A stretch of 64,000 nucleotides of DNA, from assembly GCA_965240325.2 (NCBI GenBank), contig OZ251222.1, positions 4,898,001 to 4,962,000 of the forward strand. The letters run 5' to 3'. Made by a program: the position numbers and the translations under genes. The stretch comes from Rebecca billardiae RCC1528 (lineage: Eukaryota > Protista > Haptophyta). Of the stretch, positions 34,001 through 49,000 are shown in pieces. A model generated the notes under the pieces. That model had not been told where the DNA came from, did not search any database, and worked only from the letters and a program-made list of their open reading frames with translations. Within the stretch, counting starts at the first letter, position 1; each line of letters opens with the position of its first letter.

Positions 34001-37000
34001 CGCCGCCCAGCCCTCCGCCGATCCAGCCGCCTCTGCCGCCGCCAAGCCCGCCACCGGCGTCACCACCATCACCACCGCCCTCGCCACCGCCGAGTCCACC
34101 GCCGCCAGCGCCACCGCCGTCACCTCCGCCGCAGCCGCCGCCAAGCCCGCCACCGACGCAGCCGCCGTCCCCACCGCCGTCGCCGCCGCCTTCACCGCCG
34201 CCGAGCCCGCCTCCTTCGCCACCGCCGTCACCACCACCATCGCCGCCGCCGGCGGCATCACCCCTGCCACCGCCATCACCGCCTCCGCGGCCACCGCCGA
34301 GCCCACCGCCATCACTGCCGCCCTCGCCGCCACCCTCGCCGCCGCCTTCACCGCCGCCGAGCCCGCCTCCTTCGCCACCGCCGTCGCCACCACCATCGCC
34401 ACCGCCGGCGGCATCGCCACTGCCGCCACCATCACCGCCCCCGCGGCCGCCGCCAAGCCCACCGCCATCACTGCCGCCCTCGCCGCCACCCTCGCCGCCG
34501 CCCGTGCCGCCGCCCAGCCCACCGCCGAGCCCGCCTCCGTCGCCACCGCCGTCGCCGCCACCGGCGGCCTCGCCGCTGCCACCGCCGTCCCCGCCACCCT
34601 CGCCGCCACCAAGCCCGCCGCCATCACCGCCGCCCTCGCCACCGCCTTCGCCGCCACCGTCGCCACCGCCCAGCCCACCGCCATCACCACCGCCCTTGTC
34701 GCCGCCTTCGCCGCCACCGTCGCCACCGCCCAGCCAACCCCCAAGCCCGCCACCGTCGCCACCGCCGTCGCCGCCACCGGCGGCCTCGCCGCAGCCACCG
34801 CCGTCACCGCCGCCGTCGCCGCCGCCGAGCCCACCGCCGTCTCCGCCGCCCTCGCCTCCACCGAGCCCACCGCCGCCAGTCCCACCACCCTCGCCGCCCC
34901 CCCGCCCTCCGCCCAGCCCGCCGCCGTCGCCACCGCCGGCACCGCCACCGCCACCGAGGGCGCAGCCCTTCCCACCGCCGAGCCCACCTGCGCCGCCGCC
35001 CAGCCCTCCGCCGATCCAGCCGCCTCTGCCGCCGCCAAGCCCGCCACCGGCGTCACCGCCATCACCACCGCCCTCGCCACCGCCGAGTCCACCGCCGCCA
35101 GCGCCACCGCCGTCACCTCCGCCGCAGCCGCCGCCAAGCCCGCCACCGACGCAGCCGCCGTCCCCACCGCCGTCGCCGCCGCCTTCACCGCCGCCGAGCC
35201 CGCCCCCTTTGCCACCGCCGTCACCACCACCATCGCCGCCGCCGGCGGCATCACCCCTGCCGCCGCCATCACCGCCTCCGCGGCCACCGCCGAGCCCACC
35301 GCCATCACTGCCGCCCTCGCCGCCAACCTCGCCGCCGCCTTCACCGCCGCCGAGCCCGCCTCCTTCGCCACCGCCGTCGCCACCACCATCGCCACCGCCG
35401 GCGGCATCGCCACTGCCGCCACCATCACCGCCCCCGCGGCCGCCGCCAAGCCCACCGCCATCACTGCCGCCCTCGCCGCCACCCTCGCCGCCGCCCGTGC
35501 CGCCGCCCAGCCCACCGCCGAGCCCGCCTCCGTCGCCACCGCCGTCGCCGCCACCGGCTGCCTCGCCGCTGCCACCGCCGTCCCCGCCACCCTCGCCGCC
35601 ACCAAGCCCGCCGCCATCACCGCCGCCCTCGCCACCGCCTTCGCCGCCACCGTCGCCACCGCCCAGCCCACCGCCATCACCACCGCCCTTGTCGCCGCCT
35701 TCGCCGCCACCGTCGCCACCGCCCAGCCAACCCCCAAGCCCGCCACCGTCGCCACCGCCGTCGCCGCCACCGGCGGCCTCGCCGCAGCCACCGCCGTCAC
35801 CGCCGCCGTCGCCGCCGCCGAGCCCACCGCCGTCTCCGCCGCCCTCGCCTCCACCGAGCCCACCGCCGCCAGTCCCACCACCCTCGCCGCCCCCCCGCCC
35901 TCCGCCCAGCCCGCCGCCGTCGCCACCGCCGGCACCGCCACCGCCACCGAGGGCGCAGCCCTTCCCACCGCCGAGCCCACCTGCGCCGCCGCCCAGCCCT
36001 CCGCCGATCCAGCCGCCTCTGCCGCCGCCAAGCCCGCCACCGGCGTCACCGCCATCACCACCGCCCTCGCCACCGCCGAGTCCACCGCCGCCGGCGCCAC
36101 CGCAGTCACCTCCGCCGCAGCCGCCGCCAAGCCCGCCACCAACGCAGCCGCCGTCCCCACCGCCGTCGCCGCCGCCTTCACCGCCGCCGAGCCCGCCTCC
36201 TTCGCCACCGCCGTCGCCACCACCATCGCCGCCGCCGGCGGCATCGCCACTGCCGCCGCCATCACCGCCTCCGCGGCCACCGCCGAGCCCACCGCCATCA
36301 CTGCCGCCCTCGCCGCCACCCTCGCCGCCGCCTTCACCGCCGCCGAGCCCGCCTCCTTCGCCACCGCCGTCGCCACCACCATCGCCACCGCCGGCGGCAT
36401 CGCCACTGCCGCCACCATCACCGCCCCCGCGGCCGCCGCCAAGCCCACCGCCATCACTGCCGCCCTCGCCGCCACCCTCGCCGCCGCCCGTGCCGCCGCC
36501 CAGCCCACCGCCGAGCCCGCCACCGTCGCCACCGCCGTCGCCGCCACCGGCGGCCTCGCAGCAGCCACCGCCGTCACCGCCGCCGTCGCCGCCGCCGAGC
36601 CCACCGCCGTCTTCGCCGCCCTCGCCACCACCGAGCCCACCGCCGCCAGTCCCACCACCCTCGCCGCCCCCCCGCCCTCCGCCCAGCCCGCCGCCGTCGC
36701 CACCGCCGGCACCGCCACCGCCACCGAGGGCGCAGCCCTTCCCACCGCCGAGCCCACCTGCGCCGCCGCCCAGCCCTCCGCCGATCCAGCCGCCTCTGCC
36801 GCCGCCAAGCCCGCCACCGGCGTCACCTCCACGCCCACCGCCCTCGCCACCGCCGAGTCCACCGCCGCCAGCGCCACCGCCGTCACCTCCGCCGCAGCCG
36901 CCGCCACGCCCGCCACCGACGCAGCCGCCGTCCCCACCGCCGTCGCCGCCGCCTTCACCGCCGCCGAGCCCGCCTCCTTCGCCACCGCCGTCGCCACCAC

Positions 37001-40000
37001 CATCGCCGCCGCCGGCGGCATCGCCACTGCCGCCGCCATCACCGCCTCCGCGGCCACCGCCGAGCCCACCGCCATCATTGCCGCCCTCGCCGCCACCCTC
37101 GCCGCCGCCTTCACCGCCGCCGAGCCCGCCTCCTTCGCCACCGCCGTCGCCACCACCATCGCCACCGCCGGCGGCATCGCCACTGCCGCCACCATCACCG
37201 CCCCCGCGGCTGCCGCCAAGCCCACCGCCATCACTGCCGCCCTCGCCGCCACCCTCGCCGCCGCCCGTGCCGCCGCCCAGCCCACCGCCGAGCCCGCCAC
37301 CGTCGCCACCGCCGTCGCCGCCACCGGCGGCCTCGCCGCTGCCACCGCCGTCCCCGCCGCCGTCGCCTCCGCCCAGCCCACCGCCATCACCACCGCCCTT
37401 GCCGCCGCCTTCGCCGCCACCGTCGCCACCGCCCAGCCAACCCCCGAGCCCGCCACCGTCGCCACCGCCGTCGCCGCCACCGGCGGCCTCGCCGCTGCCA
37501 CCGCCATCACCGCCCCCGCGGCCGCCGCCAAGCCCACCGCCATCACTGCCGCCCTCGCCGCCACCCTCGCCGCCGCCCGTGCCGCCGCCCAGCCCACCGC
37601 CGAGCCCGCCTCCGTCGCCACCGCCGTCGCCGCCACCAGCTGCCTCGCCGCTGCCACCACCGTCCCCGCCGCCGTCGTCGCCGCCCAGCCCACCGCCATC
37701 ACCACCGCCCTTGCCGCCGCCTTCGCCGCCACCGTCGCCACCGCCCAGCCAACCCCCGAGCCCGCCACCGTCGCCACCGCCGTCGCCGCCACCGGGGGCC
37801 AAGCCGCAGCCACCGCCGTCACCGCCGCCGTCGCCGCCGCCGAGCCCACCGCCGTCTCCGCCGCCCTCGCCTCCACCGAGCCCACCGCCGCCAGTCCCAC
37901 CACCCTCGCCGCCCCCCCGCCCTCCGCCCAGCCCGCCGCCGTCGCCACCGCCGGCACCGCCACCGCCACCGAGGGCGCAGCCCTTCCCACCGCCGAGCCC
38001 ACCTGCGCCGCCGCCCAGCCCTCCGCCGATCCAGCCGCCTCTGCCGCCGCCAAGCCCGCCACCGGCGTCACCGCCATCACCACCACCCTCGCCACCGCCG
38101 AGTCCACCGCCGCCAGCGCCACCGCCGTCACCTCCACCGCAGCCGCCGCCAAGCCCGCCACCAACGCAGCCGCCGTCCCCACCGCCGTCGCCGCCGCCTT
38201 CACCGCCGCCGAGCCCGCCTACTTCGCCACCGCCGTCACCACCACCATCGCCGCCGCCGGCGGCATCACCCCTGCCGCCGCCATCACCGCCCCCGCGGCC
38301 GCCGCCAAGCCCACCGCCATCACTGCCGCCCTCGCCGCCACCCTCGCCGCCGCCCGTGCCGCCGCCCAGCCCACCGCCGAGCCCGCCTCCGTCGCCACCG
38401 CCGTCGCCGCCACCAGCTGCCTCGCCGCTGCCACCGCCGTCCCCGCCGCCGTCGCCTCCGCCCAGCCCACCGCCATCACCACCGCCCTTGCCGCCGCCTT
38501 CGCCACCACCGTCGCCACCGCCCAGCCAACCCCCAAGCCCGCCACCGTCGCCACCGCCGTCGCCGCCACCGGCGGCCTCGCCGCAGCCACCGCCGTCACC
38601 GCCGCCGTCGCCGCCGCCGAGCCCACCGCCGTCTCCACCACCCTCGCCTCCACCGAGCCCACCGCCGCCAGTCCCACCACCCTCGCCGCCCCCCCGCCCT
38701 CCGCCCAGCCCGCCGCCGTCGCCACCGCCGGCACCGCCACCGCCACCGAGGGCGCAGCCCTTCCCACCGCCGAGCCCACCTGCGCCGCCGCCCAGCCCTC
38801 CGCCGATCCAGCCGCCTCTGCCGCCGCCAAGCCCGCCACCGGCGTCACCACCATCACCACCGCCCTCGCCACCGCCGAGTCCACCGCCACCAGCGCCACC
38901 GCCGTCACCTCCGCCGCGGCCGCCGCCAAGCCCGCCACCGACGCAGCCGCCGTCCCCACCGCCGTCGCCGCCGCCTTCACCGCCGCCGAGCCCGCCTCCT
39001 TCGCCACCGCCGTCGCCACCACCATCGCCGCCGCCGGCGGCATCGCCACTGCCGCCGCCATCACCGCCTCCGCGGCCACCGCCGAGCCCACCGCCATCAC
39101 TGCCGCCCTCGCCGCCACCCTCGCCGCCGCCTTCACCGCCGCCGAGCCCGCCTCCTTCGCCACCGCCGTCGCCACCACCATCGCCACCGCCGGCAGCATC
39201 GCCACTGCCGCCACCATCACCGCCCCCGCCGCCGCCGCCAAGCCCACCGCCATCACTGCCGCCCTCGCCGCCACCCTCGCCGCCGCCCGTGCCGCCGCCC
39301 AGCCCACCGCCGAGCCCGCCTCCGTCGCCACCGCCGTCGCCGCCACCGGCGGCCTCGCCGCTGCCACCGCCGTCACCGCCGCCGTCGTCGCCGCCGAGCC
39401 CACCACCGTCTCCGCCGCCCTCGCCTCCACCGAGTCCACCGCCGCCAGTCCCACCACCCTCGCCGCCCCCCCGCCCTCCGCCCAGCCCGCCGCCGTCGCC
39501 ACCGCCGGCACCGCCACCGCCACCGAGGGCGCAGCCCTTCCCACCGCCGAGCCCACCTGCGCCGCCGCCCAGCCCTCCGCCGATCCAGCCGCCTCTGCCG
39601 CCGCCAAGCCCGCCACCGGCGTCACCTCCGCTGCCACCGCCCTCGCCACCGCCGAGTCCACCGCCGCCAGCGCCACCGCCGTCACCTCCGCCGCAGCCGC
39701 CGCCAAGCCCGCCACCAACGCAGCCGCCGTCCCCACCGCCATCGCCGCCGCCTTCACCGCCGCCGAGCCCGCCTCCTTCGCCACCGCCGTCGCCACCACC
39801 ATCGCCGCCGCCGGCGGCATCGCCACTGCCGCCGCCATCACCGCCTCCGCGGCCACCGCCGAGCCCACCGCCATCACTGCCGCCCTCGCCGCCACCCTCG
39901 CCGCCGCCTTCACCGCCGCCGAACCTGCCTCCTTCGCCACCGCCGTCGCCACCACCATCGCCACCGCCGGCGGCATCGCCACTGCCGCCACCATCACCGC

Positions 40001-43000
40001 CCCCGCGGCCGCCGCCAAGCCCACCGCCATCACTGCCGCCCTCGCCGCCACCCTCGCCGCCGCCCGTGCCGCCGCCCAGCCCACCGCCGAGCCCGCCTCC
40101 GTCGCCACCGCCGTCGCCGCCACCGGCGGCCTCGCCGCTGCCACCGCCGTCACCGCCGCCGTCGCCTCCGCCGAGCCCACCGCCTTCACCACCGCCCTCG
40201 CCGCCGCCTTCGCCGCCACCGTCGCCACCGCCCAGCCAACCCCCAAGCCCGCCACCGTCGCCACCGCCGTCGCCGCCACCGGCGGCCTCGCCGCAGCCAC
40301 CGCCGTCACCGCCGCCGTCGCCTCCGCCCAGCGCACCGCCATCACCACCGCCCTTGTCGCCGCCTTCGCCGCCACCGTCGCCACCGCCCAGCCAACCCCC
40401 AAGCCCGCCTCCGTCGCCACCGCCGTCGCCGCCACCGGCGGCCTCGCCGCTGCCACCGCCGTCACCGCCGCCGTCGTCGCCGCCGAGCCCACCACCGTCT
40501 CCGCCGCCCTCGCCTCCACCGAGTCCACCGCCGCCAGTCCCACCACCCTCGCCGCCCCCCCGCCCTCCGCCCAGCCCGCCGCCGTCGCCACCGCCGGCAC
40601 CGCCACCGCCACCGAGGGCGCAGCCCTTCCCACCGCCGAGCCCACCTGCGCCGCCGCCCAGCCCTCCGCCGATCCAGCCGCCTCTGCCGCCGCCAAGCCC
40701 GCCACCGGCGTCACCGCCATCACCACCACCCTCGCCACCGCCGAGTCCACCGCCGCCAGCGCCACCGCCGTCACCTCCGCCGCAGCCGCCGCCAAGCCCG
40801 CCACCAACGCAGCCGCCGTCCCCACCGCCATCGCCGCCGCCTTCACCGCCGCCGAGCCCGCCTCCTTCGCCACCGCCGTCGCCACCACCATCGCCGCCGC
40901 CGGCGGCATCGCCACTGCCCCCGCCATCACCGCCTCCGCGGCCACCGCCGAGCCCACCGCCATCACTGCCGCCCTCGCCGCCACCCTCGCCGCCGCCTTC
41001 ACCGCCGCCGAGCCCGCCTCCTTCGCCACCGCCGTCGCCACCACCATCGCCGCCGCCGGCGGCATTGCCACTGCCGCCGCCATCACCGCCTCCGCGGCCA
41101 CCGCCGAGCCCACCGCCATCACTGCCGCCCTCGCCGCCACCCTCCCCGCCGCCTTCACCGCCGCCGAGCCCGCCTCCTTCGCCACCGCCGTCGCCACCAC
41201 CATCGCCACCGCCGGCGGCATCGCCACTGCCGCCACCATCACCGCCCCCGCGGCCGCCGCCAAGCCCACCGCCATCACTGCCGCCCTCGCCGCCACCCTC
41301 GCCGCCGCCCGTGCCGCCGCCCAGCCCACCGCCGAGCCCGCCTCCGTCGCCACCGCCGTCGCCGCCACCGGCGGCCTCGCCGCTGCCACCGCCGTCACCG
41401 CCGCCGTCGCCTCCGCCGAGCCCACCGCCTTCACCACCGCCCTCGCCGCCGCCTTCGCCGCCACCGTCGCCACCGCCCAGCCAACCCCCAAGCCCGCCAC
41501 CGTCGCCACCGCCGTCGCCGCCACCGGCGGCCTCGCCGCAGCCACCGCCGTCACCGCCGCCGTCGCCTCCGCCCAGCGCACCGCCATCACCACCGCCCTT
41601 GTCGCCGCCTTTGCCGCCACCGTCGCCACCGCCCAGCCAACCCCCAAGCCCGCCTCCGTCGCCACCGCCGTCGCCGCCACCGGCGGCCTCGCCGCTGCCA
41701 CCGCCGTCACCGCCGCCGTCGTCGCCGCCGAGCCCACCACCGTCTCCGCCGCCCTCGCCTCCACCGAGTCCACCGCCGCCAGTCCCACCACCCTCGCCGC
41801 CCCCCCGCCCTCCGCCCAGCCCGCCGCCGTCGCCACCGCCGGCACCGCCACCGCCACCGAGGGCGCAGCCCTTCCCACCGCCGAGCCCACCTGCGCCGCC
41901 GCCCAGCCCTCCGCCGATCCAGCCGCCTCTGCCGCCGCCAAGCCCGCCACCGGCGTCACCGCCATCACCACCGCCCTCGCCACCGCCGAGTCCACCGCCG
42001 CCAGCGCCACCGCCGTCACCTCCGCCGCAGCCGCCGCCAAGCCCGCCACCAACGCAGCCGCCGTCCCCACCGCCATCGCCGCCGCCTTCACCGCCGCCGA
42101 GCCCACCTCCTTCGCCACCGCCGTCGCCACCACCATCGCCGCCGCCGGCGGCATCGCCACTGCCGCCGCCATCACCGCCTCCGCGGCCACCGCCGAGCCC
42201 ACCGCCATCACTGCCGCCCTCGCCGCCACCCTCGCCGCCGCCTTCACCGCCGCCGAGCCCGCCTCCTTCGCCACCGCCGTCGCCACCACCATCGCCACCG
42301 CCGGCGGCATCGCCACTGCCGCCACCATCACCGCCCCCGCGGCCGTCGCCAAGCCCACCGCCATCACTGCCGCCCTCGCCGCCACCCTCGCCGCCGCCCG
42401 TGCCGCCGCCCAGCCCACCGCCGAGCCCGCCTCCGTCGCCACCGCCGTCGCCGCCACCGGCGGCCTTGCCGCAGCCACCGCCGTCACCGCCGCCGTCGCC
42501 GCCGCCGAGCCCACCGCCGTCTCCGCCGCCCTCGCCTCCACAGAGTCCACCGCCGCCAGTCCCACCACCCTCGCCGCCCCCCCGCCCTCCGCCCAGCCCG
42601 CCGCCGTCGCCACCGCCGGCACCGCCACCGCCACCGAGGGCGCAGCCCTTCCCACCGCCGAGCCCACCTGCGCCGCCGCCCAGCCCTCCGCCGATCCAGC
42701 CGCCTCTGCCGCCGCCAAGCCCGCCACCGGCGTCACCGCCATCACCACCACCCTCGCCACCGCCGAGTCCACCGCCGCCAGCGCCACCGCCGTCACCTCC
42801 GCCGCAGCTGCCGCCAAGCCCGCCACCAACGCAGCCGCCGTCCCCACCGCCATCGCCGCCGCCTTCACCGCCGCCGAGCCCGCCTCCTTCGCCACCGCCG
42901 TCGCCACCACCATCGCCGCCGCCGGCGGCATCGCCACTGCCGCCGCCATCACCGCCTCCGCGGCCACCGCCGAGCCCACCGCCATCACTGCCGCCCTCGC

Positions 43001-46000
43001 CGCCACCCTCGCCGCCGCCTTCACCGCCGCCGAGCCCGCCTCCTTCGCCACCGCCGTCGCCACCACCATCGCCACCGCCGGCGGCATCGCCACTGCCGCC
43101 ACCATCACCGCCCCCGCGGCCGTCGCCAAGCCCACCGCCATCACTGCCGCCCTCGCCGCCACCCTCGCCGCCGCCCGTGCCGCCGCCCAGCCCACCGCCG
43201 AGCCCGCCTCCGTCGCCACCGCCGTCGCCGCCACCGGCGGCCTTGCCGCAGCCACCGCCGTCACCGCTGCCGTCGCCGCCGCCGAGCCCACCGCCGTCTC
43301 CGCCGCCCTCGCCTCCACAGAGTCCACCGCCGCCAGTCCCACCACCCTCGCCGCCCCCCCGCCCCCCGCCCAGCCCGCCGCCGTCGCCACCGCCGGCACC
43401 GCCACCGCCACCGAGGGCGCAGCCCTTCCCACCGCCGAGCCCACCTGCGCCGCCGCCCAGCCCTCCGCCGATCCAGCCGCCTCTGCCGCCGCCAAGCCCG
43501 CCACCGGCGTCACCGCCATCACCACCACCCTCGCCACCGCCGAGTCCACCGCCGCCAGCGCCACCGCCGTCACCTCCGCCGCAGCCGCCGCCAAGCCCGC
43601 CACCAACGCAGCCGCCGTCCCCACCGCCGTCGCCGCCGCCTTCACCGCCGCCGAGCCCGCCTCCTTCGCCACCGCCGTCGCCACCACCATCGCCGCCGCC
43701 GGCGGCATCGCCACTGCCGCCGCCATCACCGCCTCCGCGGCCACCGCCGAGCCCACCGCCATCACTGCCGCCCTCGCCGCCACCCTCGCCGCCGCCTTCA
43801 CCGCCGCCGAGCCCGCCTCCTTCGCCACCGCCGTCGCCGCCACCATCGCCACCGCCGGCGGCATCGCCACTGCCGCCACCATCACCGCCCCCGCGGCCGC
43901 CGCCCAGCCCACCGCCATCACTGCCGCCCTCGCCGCCACCCACGCCGCCGCCCGTGCCGCCGCCCAGCCCACCGCCGAGCCCGCCTCCGTCGCCACCGCC
44001 GTCGCCGCCACCAGCGGCCTCGCCGCTGCCACCGCCGTCACCGCCGCCGTCGCCTCCGCCCAGCCCACCGCCATCACCACCGCCCTTGCCGCCGCCATCG
44101 CCGCCACCGTCGCCACCGCCCAGCCAACCCCCAAGCCCGCCACCGTCGCCACCGCCGTCGCCGCCACCGGCGGCCTCGCCGCAGCCACCGCCGTCACCGC
44201 CGCCGTCGCCTCCGCCCAGCGCACCGCCATCACCGCCTCCCTTGCCGCCGCCTTTGCCGCCACCGTCGCCACCGCCCAGTCCGCCCCCGAGCCCGCCACC
44301 GTCGCCACCGCCGTCGCCGCCACCGGCGGCCTCGCCGCTGCCACCGCCGTCCCCGCCGCCGTCGCCTCCGCCCAGCGCACCGCCGTCTCCGCCGCCCTCG
44401 CCTCCACCGAGCCCACCGCCGCCAGTCCCACCACCCTCGCCGCCCCCCCGCCCTCCGCCCAGCCCGCCGCCGTCGCCACCGCCGGCACCGCCACCGCCAC
44501 CGAGGGCGCAGCCCTTCCCACCGCCGAGCCCACCTGCGCCGCCGCCCAGCCCTCCGCCGATCCAGCCGCCTCTGCCGCCGCCAAGCCCGCCACCGGCGTC
44601 ACCGCCATCACCACCACCCTCGCCACCGCCGAGTCCACCGCCGCCAGCGCCGCCGCCGTCACCTCCGCCGCAGCCGCCGCCAAGCCCGCCACCGACGCAG
44701 CCGCCGTCCCCACCGCCGTCGCCGCCGCCTTCACCGCCGCCGAGCCCGCCTCCTTCGCCACCGCCGTCGCCACCACCATCGCCGCCGCCGGCGGCATCGC
44801 CACTGCCGCCGCCATCACCGCCTCCGCGGCCACCGCCGAGCCCACCGCCATCACTGCCGCCCTCGCCGCCACCCTCGCCGCCGCCTTCACCGCCGCCGAG
44901 CCCGCCTCCTTCGCCACCGCCGTCGCCGCCACCATCGCCACCGCCGGCGGCATCGCCACTGCCGCCACCATCACCGCCCCCGCGGCCGCCGCCCAGCCCA
45001 CCGCCATCACTGCCGCCCTCGCCGCCACCCTCGCCGCCGCCCGTGCCGCCGCCCAGCCCACCGCCGAGCCCGCCTCCGTCGCCACCGCCGTCGCCGCCAC
45101 CAGCGGCCTCGCCGCTGCCACCGCCGTCACCGCCGCCGTCGCCTCCGCCCAGCCCACCGCCATCACCACCGCCCTTGCCGCCGCCATCGCCGCCACCGTC
45201 GCCACCGCCCAGCCAACCCCCAAGCCCGCCACCGTCGCCACCGCCGTCGCCGCCACCGGCGGCCTCGCCGCAGCCACCGCCGTCACCGCCGCCGTCGTCT
45301 TCGCCCAGCGCACCGCCATCACCGCCTCCCTTGCCGCCGCCTTTGCCGCCACCGTCGCCACCGCCCAGTCCGCCCCCGAGCCCGCCACCGTCGCCACCGC
45401 CGTCGCCGCCACCGGCGGCCTCGCCGCTGGCACCGCCGTCCCCGCCGCCGTCGCCTCCGCCCAGCGCACCGCCATCACCGCCTCCCTTGCCGCCGCCTTT
45501 GCCGCCACCGTCTTCACCGCCCAGCCAACCCCCGAGCCCGCCACCGTCGCCACCGCCGTCGCCGCCACCGGCGGCCTCGCCGCAGCCACCGCCGTCACCG
45601 CCGCCGTCGCCGCCGCCGAGCCCACCGCCGTCTCCGCCGCCCTCGCCTCCACCGAGCCCACCGCCGCCAGTCCCACCACCCTCGCCGCCCCCCCGCCCTC
45701 CGCCCAGCCCGCCGCCGTCGCCACCGCCGGCACCGCCACCGCCACCGAGGGCGCAGCCCTTCCCACCGCCGAGCCCACCTGCGCCGCCGCCCAGCCCTCC
45801 GCCGATCCAGCCGCCTCTGCCGCCGCCAAGCCCGCCACCGGCGTCACCGCCATCACCACCACCCTCGCCACCGCCGAGTCCACCGCCGCCAGCGCCACCG
45901 CCGTCACCTCCGCCGCAGCCGCCGCCAAGCCCGCCACCGACGCAGCCGCCGTCCCCACCGCCGTCGCCGCCGCCTTCACCGCCGCCGAGCCCGCCCCCTT

Positions 46001-49000
46001 CGCCACCGCTGTCACCACCACCATCGCCGCCGCCGGCGGCATCGCCACTGCCGCCACCATCACCGCCTCCGCGGCCACCGCCGAGCCCACCGCCATCACT
46101 GCCGCCCTCGCCGCCACCCTCGCCGCCTCCGTCACCGCCGCCGAGCCCGCCTCCTTCGCCACCACCGTCGCCACCATCATCGCCACCGCCGGCGGCATCG
46201 CCACTGCCGCCACCATCACCGCCCCCGCGGCCTCCGCCAAGCCCACCGCCATCACTGCCGCCCTCGCCGCCACCCTCGCCGCCGCCCGTGCCGCCGCCCA
46301 GCCCACCGCCGAGCCCGCCTCCGTCGCCACCGCCGTCGCCGCCACCAGCGGCCTCGCCACTGCCACCGCCGTCCCCGCCGCCGTCGCCTCCGCCCAGCCC
46401 ACCGCCGTCACCACCGCCCTTGCCGCCGCCTTCGCAGCCACCGTCGCCACCGCCCAGCCAACCCCCAAGCCCGCCACCGTCGCCACCGCCGTCGCCGCCA
46501 CCGGCGGCCTCGCCGCAGCCACCGCCGTCACCGCCGCCGTCGCCGCCGCCGAGCCCACCGCCGCCAGTCCCACCACCCTCGCCGCCTCCCCGCCCTCCGC
46601 CCAGCCCGCCGCCGTCGCCACCGCCGGCACCACCACCGCCACCGAGGGCGCAGCCCTTCCCACCGCCGAGCCCACCTGCGCCGCCGCCCAGTCCTCCGCC
46701 GATCCAGCCGCCTCTGCCGCCGCCAAGCCCGCCACCGGCGTCACCTCCACGCCCACCACCCTCGCCACCGCCGAGTCCACCGCCGCCAGCGCCACCGCCG
46801 TCACCTCCGCCGCAGCCGCCGCCAAGCCCGCCACCGACGCAGCCGCCGTCCCCACCGCCGTCGCCGCCGCCTTCACCGCCGCCGAGCCCGCCCCCTTTGC
46901 CACCGCCGTCACCACCACCATCGCCGCCGCCGGCGGCATCGCCACTGCCGCCGCCATCACCGCCTCCGCGGCCGCCGCCAAGCCCACCGCCATCACTGCC
47001 GCCCTCGCCGCCACCCTCGCCACCGCCCGTGCCGCCGCCCAGCCCACCGCCGAGCCCGCCTCCGTCGCCACCGCCGTCGCCGCCACCAGCGGCCTCGCCG
47101 CTGCCACCGCCGTCACCGCCGCCGTCGCCTCCGCCCAGCCCACCGCCATCACCACCGCCCTTGCCGCCGCCATCGCCGCCACCGTCGCCACCGCCCAGCC
47201 AACCCCCAAGCCCGCCACCGTCGCCACCGCCGTCGCCGCCACCGGCGGCCTCGCCGCAGCCACCGCCGTCACCGCCGCCGTCGCCTTCGCCCAGCGCACC
47301 GCCATCACCGCCTCCCTTGCCGCCGCCTTTGCCGCCACCGTCGCCACCGCCCAGTCCGCCCCCGAGCCCGCCACCGTCGCCACCGCCGTCGCCGCCACCG
47401 GCGGCCTCGCCGCTGGCACCGCCGTCCCCGCCGCCGTCGCCTCCGCCCAGCGCACCGCCATCACCGCCTCCCTTGCCGCCGCCTTTGCCGCCACCGTCTT
47501 CACCGCCCAGCCAACCCCCGAGCCCGCCACCGTCGCCACCGCCGTCGCCGCCACCGGCGGCCTCGCCGCAGCCACCGCCGTCACCGCCGCCGTCGCCGCC
47601 GCCGAGCCCACCGCCGTCTCCGCCGCCCTCGCCTCCACCGAGCCCACCGCCGCCAGTCCCACCACCCTCGCCGCCCCCCCGCCCTCCGCCCAGCCCGCCG
47701 CCGTCGCCACCGCCGGCACCGCCACCGCCACCGAGGGCGCAGCCCTTCCCACCGCCGAGCCCACCTGCGCCGCCGCCCAGCCCTCCGCCGATCCAGCCGC
47801 CTCTGCCGCCGCCAAGCCCGCCACCGGCGTCACCGCCATCACCACCACCCTCGCCACCGCCGAGTCCACCGCCGCCAGCGCCACCGCCGTCACCTCCGCC
47901 GCAGCCGCCGCCAAGCCCGCCACCGACGCAGCCGCCGTCCCCACCGCCGTCGCCGCCGCCTTCACCGCCGCCGAGCCCGCCCCCTTCGCCACCGCCGTCA
48001 CCACCACCATCGCCGCCGCCGGCGGCATCGCCACTGCCGCCACCATCACCGCCTCCGCGGCCACCGCCGAGCCCACCGCCATCACTGCCGCCCTCGCCGC
48101 CACCCTCGCCGCCTCCGTCACCGCCGCCGAGCCCGCCTCCTTCGCCACCACCGTCGCCACCATCATCGCCACCGCCGGCGGCATCGCCACTGCCGCCACC
48201 ATCACCGCCCCCGCGGCCGCCGCCAAGCCCACCGCCATCACTGCCGCCCTCGCCGCCACCCTCGCCGCCGCCCGTGCCGCCGCCCAGCCCACCGCCGAGC
48301 CCGCCTCCGTCGCCACCGCCGTCGCCGCCACCAGCGGCCTCGCCACTGCCACCGCCGTCCCCGCCGCCGTCGCCTCCGCCCAGCCCACCGCCGTCACCAC
48401 CGCCCTTGCCGCCGCCTTCGCAGCCACCGTCGCCACCGCCCAGCCAACCCCCAAGCCCGCCACCGTCGCCACCGCCGTCGCCGCCACCGGCGGCCTCGCC
48501 GCAGCCACCGCCGTCACCGCCGCCGTCGCCGCCGCCGAGCCCACCGCCGCCAGTCCCACCACCCTCGCCGCCTCCCCGCCCTCCGCCCAGCCCACCGCCG
48601 TCGCCACCGCCGGCACCACCACCGCCACCGAGGGCGCAGCCCTTCCCACCGCCGAGCCCACCTGCGCCGCCGCCCAGTCCTCCGCCGATCCAGCCGCCTC
48701 TGCCGCCGCCAAGCCCGCCACCGGCGTCACCTCCACGCCCACCACCCTCGCCACCGCCGAGTCCACCGCCGCCAGCGCCACCGCCGTCACCTCCGCCGCA
48801 GCCGCCGCCAAGCCCGCCACCGACGCAGCCGCCGTCCCCACCGCCGTCGCCGCCGCCTTCACCGCCGCCGAGCCCGCCCCCTTTGCCACCGCCGTCACCA
48901 CCACCATCGCCGCCGCCGGCGGCATCGCCACTGCCGCCGCCATCACCGCCTCCGCGGCCGCCGCCAAGCCCACCGCCATCACTGCCGCCCTCGCCGCCAC